A stretch of DNA of 64,000 nucleotides from a bacterium. Lineage in GTDB: Bacteria > UBA8248. How positions within the stretch are numbered: the stretch's first letter is position 1; every line of letters begins with the position of its first letter. Location: positions 3,456,001 through 3,520,000 of the forward strand of contig OZ241875.1 in assembly GCA_965203325.1 (NCBI GenBank), written 5' to 3'. The notes beneath the pieces were generated by a model. That model saw only the letters and a program-made list of their open reading frames with translations, made no database searches and had not been told where the DNA came from. A program made the translations under genes and the position numbers. This document shows positions 35,914-43,442 of the stretch, one piece after another.

Positions 35914-36420
35914 GTGAGCGACAGGGTGGCCGTGGGCGTCGCGCTCAGGCCGCACGGCATCAAGGGCGCCGTTCGGGTGGAGCCCTGGCTCGACGACGCG
36001 GGCGTCTACGGGCGAATCGAAGAAGTGTTCTCCCGAGATGAGCCTGGGCGGAAGTTCGAGGTGGCGTCCTGGCACCAGGGCGGCAAGGGAGCCATCGTCT
36101 GGAAACTCACGGGAATCGACACCCCCGAAGACGCCGAGGCGCTGCGGGGGACGATTTTTTTGGCGGACAGGAAATTCCTCGACGGCCCCGATGAGGGCGT
36201 TCTCTATTTCGAGGATTTCGAGGGCTGCGAGATCATCGACGAGGAGGGAAGCCCTCTCGGGCGCGTGGTGGATATGTTCGGAGCCGGCGGCAACGATGTC
36301 ATCGTCATCCGCACGCCCGAAGGAGGAGAGTTGCTCGCGCCCGCGACGCGCGAGGTCGTGTTGCGGCGCGATGGGGATCGCTGGGTTTTCCGACTGCCGA
36401 AACTCGACCACGAGGATTGA
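35914..36420 (+). CDS. rimM: Ribosome maturation factor RimM
   Basis: PHGIKG.V and GAGGNDV; located between rpsP and trmD. Confidence 0.92.
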   Translation: MSDRVAVGVALRPHGIKGAVRVEPWLDDAGVYGRIEEVFSRDEPGRKFEVASWHQGGKGAIVWKLTGIDTPEDAEALRGTIFLADRKFLDGPDEGVLYFEDFEGCEIIDEEGSPLGRVVDMFGAGGNDVIVIRTPEGGELLAPATREVVLRRDGDRWVFRLPKLDHED

Positions 36421-36429
36421 GGAGGCGTC

Positions 36430-37158
36430 ATGCGCATCGACGTTCTTTCCGTGCTGCCCCGCATGGTGGAAGAGGCGTTCCGGGAGGGCGTCGTGGGGCG
36501 CGCGGTCGAAGGGGGCCTACTGGAGCTCAAGGTCTGGAACCTGCGTGATTTCGCCGAGGGGAAATATCAACAGGTCGACGATGCCCCCTTCGGCGGCGGG
36601 GCGGGCATGGTGATGAAGCCCGAACCCATCGTGAAGGGCGTCCGGGCGGTTCGCGAAGACGCCGGTGCCGAGCCGCTCAAGGTGCTGCTCACACCGCAGG
36701 GGCGGCTGTTCGATCAGGAAACGGCCGTGAGGTTCTCGGAAGCCCCCCGGCTGCTCCTCATCTGCGGAAGGTATGAGGGCGTGGACGAGCGGGTGAGCGA
36801 ATTGTGCGTGGATGAGGAGATATCGGTCGGCGATTACGTGCTCTCGGGAGGAGAGATTCCGGCCATGGCGGTTATCGACGCGGTCGGCAGGCTCCTCCCC
36901 GGCGTTCTGGGCAACGATGCTTCCGCCGCGCAGGACAGCTTCACCGATGGCCTTCTCGATCATCCCCACTACACGCGGCCGGCGGAGTTCGAGGGGGTTC
37001 GCGCGCCGGACGTGCTCCTCTCTGGCGACCACGAGGCGGTTCGTCTCTGGAGGAGGCGGCAGGCGCTCCAAAGAACGCGGGAGAGGCGCAGGGACCTCTT
37101 CGAGCGGGCCGAATTGAGCGATGAGGATCTGCGCCTGCTCGAATCTTCCCGGCCTTGA
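36430..37158 (+). CDS. trmD: tRNA (guanine37-N1)-methyltransferase
   Basis: VDDAPFGGGAGMV, CGRYEGVDER, GDYVLSGGE, HYTRP. Confidence 0.98.
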   Translation: MRIDVLSVLPRMVEEAFREGVVGRAVEGGLLELKVWNLRDFAEGKYQQVDDAPFGGGAGMVMKPEPIVKGVRAVREDAGAEPLKVLLTPQGRLFDQETAVRFSEAPRLLLICGRYEGVDERVSELCVDEEISVGDYVLSGGEIPAMAVIDAVGRLLPGVLGNDASAAQDSFTDGLLDHPHYTRPAEFEGVRAPDVLLSGDHEAVRLWRRRQALQRTRERRRDLFERAELSDEDLRLLESSRP

Positions 37159-37173
37159 AGGGAGCACGGGATA

Positions 37174-37746
37174 GTGGGGGAGGTCTATCTCGCGCTGATT
37201 CACCATCCGGTGCTCAACCGCGAGGGCGGCGTGGTGACTTCTTCCGTGACCAGCCTCGATTTGCACGATCTCGCCCGCGTGGGCCGCACCTATGGCGTCT
37301 CGGGCGTATTTGTGGTACATCCTTCCGCTCCGCAGCGGGCGTTCGTGGAGCGGGTGATCGGGCATTTTACGCAAGGACCGGGCCGCGCGCTGCACCCCCA
37401 AAGGGGAGAGACGCTGGAATTCCTCGAAGTTCTGCCGTCCCTGGACGCGCTCATCGAGGATGTGGAACGCAAGGAATCGAAAAGGCCGCGATTCGCCGCC
37501 ACGACCGCCAGGCGGATGCCCGGCGCCGTGGGGTATGAAGCGTTCCGTGAGGCAGTGAGGGAGACGGACGCTCCGCACGTCATCCTGTTCGGCACGAGCT
37601 GGGGCCTTGCGGATGAGGTTCTGGAGATGTCCGACGTGGTTTTGCTGCCCGTGGAGGCGGGAGCCGATACGGGATTCAACCATCTCTCGGTTCGCGGTGC
37701 GGCGGCGATAGTGATGGATCGCATTTTCGGCAAAAGAGATGTATAG
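37174..37746 (+). CDS. SPOUT RNA methyltransferase, TrmD-associated
   Basis: YLALIHHPVLN, TSLDLHDLAR..RTYG, LFGT.WGL, NHLSVR. Confidence 0.9.
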   Translation: MGEVYLALIHHPVLNREGGVVTSSVTSLDLHDLARVGRTYGVSGVFVVHPSAPQRAFVERVIGHFTQGPGRALHPQRGETLEFLEVLPSLDALIEDVERKESKRPRFAATTARRMPGAVGYEAFREAVRETDAPHVILFGTSWGLADEVLEMSDVVLLPVEAGADTGFNHLSVRGAAAIVMDRIFGKRDV

Positions 37747-37776
37747 TGCCGTTTTTTCAGGACAAGGAGCAGGCAG

Positions 37777-38124
37777 GTGAACATTATCGACAAAATCGAG
37801 CGCGAGGGCATGCGCAAGGACGTTCCCGATTTCGAGCCGGGAGACACGGTGCGCGTTCACGTGAAAATCGTCGAGGGCGACAAGGAGCGCATCCAGGTGT
37901 TCGAGGGCACCGTCATCGGCAGGCAGGGCGGCGGGCTTCGTGAGCGGTTTCGCGTCCGAAAGCTCTCCTACGGGGTCGGGGTGGAGCGCATCTTCCCGGT
38001 GCATTCCCCGCGAGTCGACAGGATAGAAGTGACACGGAAAGGCCGCGTGCGCCGCGCGAAGCTCTACTACCTGAGAGACCGCAAGGGCAAGGCCGCCCAA
38101 GTGAAAGAGCGTCGCTGGAGGTAG
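37777..38124 (+). CDS. rplS: 50S ribosomal protein L19
   Basis: [34 protein letters not shown]. Confidence 0.98.
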   Translation: MNIIDKIEREGMRKDVPDFEPGDTVRVHVKIVEGDKERIQVFEGTVIGRQGGGLRERFRVRKLSYGVGVERIFPVHSPRVDRIEVTRKGRVRRAKLYYLRDRKGKAAQVKERRWR

Positions 38125-38281
38125 ATAGAAGCAGAACCTCCGTTTTCGCGCCTCGACGTACTCTTTTTTATTCTTCGTTGTTGATTCTGCAACATTTCCG
38201 CCCATCATATACCGCACTGGAAGGGACGTGGCTGAAGCGCGCGCTGTTTCGGCATGAACCCTTGCTGAAAGGGGATGTGAA

Positions 38282-39157
38282 ATGGGACGAATCCTTGCGA
38301 TTCTCTTAACGACAATTCTTCTTTTCGGATGCGGCGGCGATGAGAAAAGTTCAGAGCCCCCCGCCACCATGCCGGAAACCAGCCCCACCGAAGGCGTCGT
38401 GCTGAATGAGAATGCGGCGCTCTCCATCAGCGACAGTTACCTTAGCGTTCAGGCTGTTCCGGGGCTGCCGCCTGCGGAACTGACGCTCGAAACGGACTGC
38501 GACGGCCCGTCCTGCACGCTCACGGAACCAAATACGGGTATCGGTGAATCCGTATCCGTGCAGGATATCCAGGATACCGAAACGTCTGACATAGAAGAGC
38601 TAAGACAGGCGACGCAACTCATCCTGACGAGAAAAGGCGTCCCCGTCTATGGCGGCTCCGTCACCTTCGCATTGGGAGAAGACAGCACCGTCAGAGCCAC
38701 GGCTTATGGCGGCTGGATGGTCCACAACTTTTTCCTCGCGGCCTGGGGAAATTATTCCGGTCCAAACATCCGCTCGGCCGATTTCGGCACGGGGCTTTCG
38801 GTCGGCAACGCCACCGGAACGCATCCCGACGCGGACGCCACCTACAGCGGCGTCATGCTCGGCGTGATCACGGCGGGAGGAGGTACCCAGGGGAACGGCG
38901 TGGAAGGAGACGCGGCGCTTGATTTCAGGGTGGCGAACCCCGGAGGCGCTCAGATGGACGTTTCCTTCACCAACATCATGAATCAGAAAACGGATGGTTC
39001 GCTTTCCGACATGACGTGGAACGATATTGCGGTTCGCGCCGACGGAACGTTCGATACTGGCAACATCCACGGAATCTTTTACGGGCCGAATCACGAAGAA
39101 GTGGGCGGGACCTTCAATCGCGATGGCGTGGCCGGCGCTTTCGGCGCGAGCAAGTAG
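38282..39157 (+). CDS. Surface lipoprotein with TbpB-like C-terminal beta-barrel
   Basis: Lipobox LFGC plus GGD; C-terminal GIFYGPNHEEVGGTF...GAFGA. Confidence 0.75.
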   Translation: MGRILAILLTTILLFGCGGDEKSSEPPATMPETSPTEGVVLNENAALSISDSYLSVQAVPGLPPAELTLETDCDGPSCTLTEPNTGIGESVSVQDIQDTETSDIEELRQATQLILTRKGVPVYGGSVTFALGEDSTVRATAYGGWMVHNFFLAAWGNYSGPNIRSADFGTGLSVGNATGTHPDADATYSGVMLGVITAGGGTQGNGVEGDAALDFRVANPGGAQMDVSFTNIMNQKTDGSLSDMTWNDIAVRADGTFDTGNIHGIFYGPNHEEVGGTFNRDGVAGAFGASK

Positions 39158-39175
39158 ATCGTACTTCCGATTCAG

Positions 39176-39209
39176 AAGACCCGGGACTAAGTGTCCCGGG
39201 TCTTTTTTT
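39176..39209. terminator. Terminator between convergent genes
   Basis: AAGACCCGGGAC-TAAGT-GTCCCGGGTCTT followed by a T run. Confidence 0.85.
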
Positions 39210-39225
39210 GTTGGTTTCTCTCCCC

Positions 39226-40215
39226 TCAACCCTCTATAAAATTCTGCACCTCGCTGAACAGCGCCTCGCGGCACCATTCGTACTGGGCGAAATGCGTGGC
39301 GTCTCCCAGCGTGACCGAGCGCTTCCCGCGGCTGTTCACGAGCGCGCGGTAGACGGCGGCGAAGACGGGGTCGGTCGAGCTTCTGTCGTGATCTCCCCGG
39401 ATGGTGAGGACGGGGCAGGTGATTCTGCCCGCGTCATAAAGCGGCTTATTGCGCGAGCGGTCGTAGCTGTCCGCCATCGCGCCGTTGGGCACGCGGACGG
39501 CGGGGACTCTTCGCTTCGCCCCTTCGGGGTCGAATCTCTGCTGTTCGCTCCAGAATCGCTTGATGGCTTTTTCGGTCCGCCACTTCGCGTGTTGCCCCTT
39601 TGGGATGCTCCCGTCCCATCGCTCGCGCTGGTAGGCTTCCGTCACCCAGCGCCAAGCGCCCTTTCTAGAGTCCCAGCGTCCGGGGCGCGCGGGGTCTTCC
39701 CAGAGCGCCGCCGCCTGGGGGTTGTCGTATGCGTAAAAAGGCGCGTAGAGCGCGAGCCGGCGGACCCTCGCCTGCTTCCCGGCGGTGAAGGCGGCCGTGG
39801 TGGTCGTGCCCCACGACCAGCCGAGGAGGTTCAGCTTCCCGACTCCGTTTTGCCCGCATATGAACCGCACGGCGGCGTCGATGTCGCGCACCGCCGTGAT
39901 TCCCCGCACGGCGGGGGGTTGGCCTTTGGGGCTTCGCAGCATCTCCGGCGGCCGCGTGGAGGGGCCGTAGCCCCGGATGCACAGCGCGTAGACGTGAAAG
40001 CCGCGCGCGGCGGCGAAGTCCATCCAGGAGTAGCCGGGCAGCGGCAGGTCGAAGGCGACGGGGGCGGGCGTGCTCTGCCCGTGCACCATGAGCAGCGTAC
40101 CCGCCGCATCGGATTTCTTCATGCCGCGCGGTTTTTTCTCCCTTAAGTGCAGCTTGATGCCGTCGTCGTGCGCGTCGATGAGGTGGTCTTTTCGGAACAG
40201 CTTGGATTTCGCCAA
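39226..40215 (-). CDS. Alpha/beta hydrolase
   Basis: LMVHG, RGYG.S, nucleophile elbow GWSWG, ATH; probable TTG start behind GGAG. Confidence 0.88.
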   Translation of the reverse strand: MAKSKLFRKDHLIDAHDDGIKLHLREKKPRGMKKSDAAGTLLMVHGQSTPAPVAFDLPLPGYSWMDFAAARGFHVYALCIRGYGPSTRPPEMLRSPKGQPPAVRGITAVRDIDAAVRFICGQNGVGKLNLLGWSWGTTTTAAFTAGKQARVRRLALYAPFYAYDNPQAAALWEDPARPGRWDSRKGAWRWVTEAYQRERWDGSIPKGQHAKWRTEKAIKRFWSEQQRFDPEGAKRRVPAVRVPNGAMADSYDRSRNKPLYDAGRITCPVLTIRGDHDRSSTDPVFAAVYRALVNSRGKRSVTLGDATHFAQYEWCREALFSEVQNFIEG

Positions 40216-40365
40216 CGTAGGTTCTCCAGTCAGGATATTCAGGTTCAAGGATGTCCGCATATTCTCAGATTTTCAGGCTTTGCCCAAGCGCAGCGGCAAG
40301 TTTGCCTTGAGAACTCTTGGGCGCAGCGATATATTGGGGAAATCTACCGCCCTTTTTGGTATTTC

Positions 40366-40968
40366 ATGTATTCCGTAGAACGCGAACTCGCGCGGGAAGG
40401 CGCCTCGCCCGTCGCAGGCGTGGACGAGGCCGGGCGCGGCCCCCTGGCGGGCCCGGTGGTGGCCGCCGCCGTGGTGCTGGATCCGGAGAATCCGATACAA
40501 GGCCTTGCCGACAGCAAGAAACTCTCCGCGCGCCAGAGGGAGGCGCTCTTGTCCGAGATTCTGGAGAAGGCGCGCGCCGTCGCCCTGGCGGCGGCGGGGC
40601 CGCGCGAGATCGAGCGGATCAACATCCTGCAAGCCTCCCTTCGCGCCATGGCGATCGCCGCGGAAGGCCTTGGGCTCGCGCCCGCCCACGTTCTCGTCGA
40701 CGGAAACCGGAAGATTCCCACCGCACTTCCGCAGACGCCCCTCGTAAAGGGCGATTCGCGCTGCGCCTGCATCGCCGCGGCGAGCGTGGTCGCCAAGGTC
40801 TACCGCGACCGGGTGATGGCCCGGATGGACGGGCGGTTTCCGGGTTATGGTTTCGGCAGGCACAAGGGGTATCCCACGCGGGATCATCTGGCCGCTCTCG
40901 CGCGGCATGGTCCCTGCCGGATTCACCGGCGCACGTTCCGGGGCGTGCCTGTCGTAGCGGGTGCATGA
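40366..40968 (+). CDS. rnhB: Ribonuclease HII
   Basis: GVDEAGRGPLAGPV, DSKKL, VDG, IAAAS..AK, HKGYPT; start approximate. Confidence 0.97.
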   Translation: MYSVERELAREGASPVAGVDEAGRGPLAGPVVAAAVVLDPENPIQGLADSKKLSARQREALLSEILEKARAVALAAAGPREIERINILQASLRAMAIAAEGLGLAPAHVLVDGNRKIPTALPQTPLVKGDSRCACIAAASVVAKVYRDRVMARMDGRFPGYGFGRHKGYPTRDHLAALARHGPCRIHRRTFRGVPVVAGA

Positions 40969-40975
40969 GGGCCAC

Positions 40976-41335
40976 ATGAGCCGCGAGAGCGGGAAAATCG
41001 GAGAGGACGCCGCCGTGAGATTCCTGCGCCGCCAAGGCTATGAGATCATCGAGCGAAACTACCGGGGCACCCGCTACGAGGTGGACATCATCGCGCGCGA
41101 GGGCGGTGTGTTGTCGTTCATCGAGGTGAAGACCCGCGCGCCGGGCAAGTCCTTGAGCGGGGCGGAGTCCGTGGGCCGCGAGAAACAGCGCAGAATCGCG
41201 CAGGCCGCGCAGCACTACCTGATGACGCACCCCGAGGAGCGCTCATCCGTCTGCCGATTCGACGTGGTGCTGCTCGAAACGGATGCGGGGAGAAAACCCA
41301 GGGCGAAGGAATTGATTCGGAACGCGTTTCAGTAG
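40976..41335 (+). CDS. yraN: YraN family endonuclease-like protein
   Basis: GEDAA..FL...GY.I..RN, EVDII, FIEVKTR, RFDVV. Confidence 0.92.
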   Translation: MSRESGKIGEDAAVRFLRRQGYEIIERNYRGTRYEVDIIAREGGVLSFIEVKTRAPGKSLSGAESVGREKQRRIAQAAQHYLMTHPEERSSVCRFDVVLLETDAGRKPRAKELIRNAFQ

Positions 41336-41409
41336 CGCCTCTTTGCGGCCTACTCCTTCGGGGCCGTTGGGAAGGCCTCCGCCGGGGGTAAAGGAGATGC
41401 CCTCCCGTA

Positions 41410-41649
41410 GGGGCTGTTGAAAAAGGCCACATTTCAGGGGTAGAGGAGAAGCTCCTCTCGGATAGAAAGCCACCCCCCCCTACCCCCCCCTTGTCAGGGG
41501 GGTATAAAAAGGCGATGCGCTCCCGCCGGGTTGAGGGGGTTTTGCTTTTTCTTGCCTCCCTGACAAGGGGGGGTAGGGGGGGGTGGTTTATGGGGTTTCC
41601 CTTTCAAGGGGGTTGCTATTACCCTCTCAGGGGCTTTTTCAACAATCTC
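41410..41649. mobile_element. MITE-like element carrying a C/G-run palindrome
   Basis: Ends GGGCTGTTGAAAAAG and CTTTTTCAACAATCT; CCGTAG direct repeat at 41405-41410 and 41649-41654; internal inverted pair CCCCCCTACCCCCCCCTTGTCAGGG / CCCTGACAAGGGGGGGTAGGGGGG. Confidence 0.65.
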
Positions 41650-41650
41650 C

Positions 41651-41864
41651 GTAGAGCCGGTTCGCGAACCGCCCCTACAGTTGGAGCGCCTCTTGAAGCG
41701 TAGGCGCGAATACCCACTCGGTTTTGTTCGTCATTTCTGAGTGAGGAAGGTTTTTTCAACATCTCCCCCTTCAACGAACTGTTGAACAAGTCTCTCGGTC
41801 GGTGTTGTGGTTGTCCTTTTTCAGGATGGTTCGAGTCAGGACAGGCACGGAGGCCTGTCCCTAC
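41651..41864. repeat. Further GTAG/CTAC REP-like units and a lone MITE end
   Basis: GTAGAGCCGGTTCGCGAACCGCCCCTAC; GGTTTTTTCAACATCTCC; GGACAGGCACGGAGGCCTGTCCCTAC. Confidence 0.6.
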
Positions 41865-41898
41865 GGGGCGTCCCTCGATACGGCCCCCTTCGGTAGGC

Positions 41899-42678
41899 TC
41901 AGGGGTTTCGCTCGGCGATAAGGCGCAGGCCCAGGAGGGTCAAATCGGGGTTGATCAGGTCGAAAATTCCGTCTTCTTCGTTTAATGCCAGGCTGTGGCC
42001 GCCCGTTGCGACGACTTTCGCGCCGCTCCCGAGTTCCGCTTTCATGCGCTCCACGATTTCCCGCACCAAGCCCCGGTAGCCGTACGCGATGCCTGCCTGA
42101 ATGCTGTGCACCGTGTTCTTCCCGATGATGGTGGGGGGTACTACGGTCTCGACCCGGGGGAGGCGGGCCGTTTTGTCGATGAGCGCCTCCAGCGCGATTC
42201 CCAGGCCGGGCGATATGGCGCCGCCCAGGTATTCGCCCCCGGCGGATATCGCGTCGAAGGTGATGGCCGTTCCGAAATCGACGATGATCAAGGGCCCGCC
42301 GTAGAGGTGGTGTCCGGCGACGGCGTTGACGATTCTGTCCGCCCCCACCTCGCGGGGGTTGTCGTACTTGATGGAGATGCCCGTCCGTATGCCCGGACCG
42401 ACGACCAGCGGTTTGACGCCGAAATAGCGCTTCGCCATCTCCTCCAGGTTCGGCCCCAGGGGGGGAACGACGCTCGCGATCACCACGCGGCCCACGTCCG
42501 ACATCTCGTGACGCCCGAGCCGGAACAAGCCTTCCATGAGGATGGCCAGCTCATCCGTCGTGCGGCGGGCCACGGAGCCGAGCCGCCAGCTCGAAGCGAG
42601 TTCTTCGCCGTCGAAAAGCCCCACGACGGTCTGCGTATTGCCCACGTCGATGGCCAGCAAATAGGAGCCCTGGTTCAT
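41899..42678 (-). CDS. coaX: Type III pantothenate kinase
   Basis: IDVGNT, GADR, VDFGTA.TFD, ATGG. Confidence 0.96.
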   Translation of the reverse strand: MNQGSYLLAIDVGNTQTVVGLFDGEELASSWRLGSVARRTTDELAILMEGLFRLGRHEMSDVGRVVIASVVPPLGPNLEEMAKRYFGVKPLVVGPGIRTGISIKYDNPREVGADRIVNAVAGHHLYGGPLIIVDFGTAITFDAISAGGEYLGGAISPGLGIALEALIDKTARLPRVETVVPPTIIGKNTVHSIQAGIAYGYRGLVREIVERMKAELGSGAKVVATGGHSLALNEEDGIFDLINPDLTLLGLRLIAERNP

Positions 42679-43442
42679 GGGAGTTCCACCTCGCCGGAGG
42701 TTATCCGCTCGATGGAGCCGCCCGGTTTTCCGAGGAGCAGGCGGCCCGCCTCGTCAATCCCGTTGTTTTTTCCAACCAAAATCTCATCCGCGGCGCGGAC
42801 GGATATCGTCTCGCCCAGATTGTCGCATAACCCGAGCCAGCGGTCTCGGACGGCGCCGAAACCGCTCGTTTCATATTCCTTGTACCAGAAAGCGACTCGC
42901 GCCAGAAGGAGATCGAGGAGACACTCCGCGTCGGGAACCCGTCCTCCCGAGAGAAGGATTGAAGAGGCCGACTCGCCCAGTTCGGGGGGGAAGTCGGCTT
43001 CGCGCGTCGTGAGGTTCACGCCCAATCCTGCGACGACGGCGGGAGGCTGGTTCGGGGGTTCGAAGTATTCGCACAGGATTCCGCCGATTTTTTTACCCTT
43101 GACCCGCAGGTCGTTCGGCCATTTGAGCCCGACCCGGAGGCCGGTCGCCTCCGCGATTCCTTCTGCGGAGGCGACGCCGAGCAGGAGCGTCAGGAGGGGT
43201 GAATTTTCAGCTTCGCCATCTGGGCGAAACAGGATGGAGAAATAGAGTCCGCTCCCGTGTGGTGAGAACCAGGAGCGCCCCCTTCTGCCGCGTCCTTTTG
43301 TTTGGGAAATCGCGCGTATCACGAGGCCGCCCGCTTCGCCCGCGCGTGCGCGGGCGGAGACCAGATCGTTGGTGGAGCTTGTCTCGTCAATCGTTTCTAC
43401 GCGCCAGGAGAGCGTCTTTTCGCTGGCGCGGGTGGGGTCCAT
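42675..43442 (-). CDS. birA: Biotin-[acetyl-CoA carboxylase] ligase, lacking the HTH domain
   Basis: STN, QTKGRGRRGRSW, KWPND, KIGGIL.E. Confidence 0.95.
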   Translation of the reverse strand: MDPTRASEKTLSWRVETIDETSSTNDLVSARARAGEAGGLVIRAISQTKGRGRRGRSWFSPHGSGLYFSILFRPDGEAENSPLLTLLLGVASAEGIAEATGLRVGLKWPNDLRVKGKKIGGILCEYFEPPNQPPAVVAGLGVNLTTREADFPPELGESASSILLSGGRVPDAECLLDLLLARVAFWYKEYETSGFGAVRDRWLGLCDNLGETISVRAADEILVGKNNGIDEAGRLLLGKPGGSIERITSGEVELP

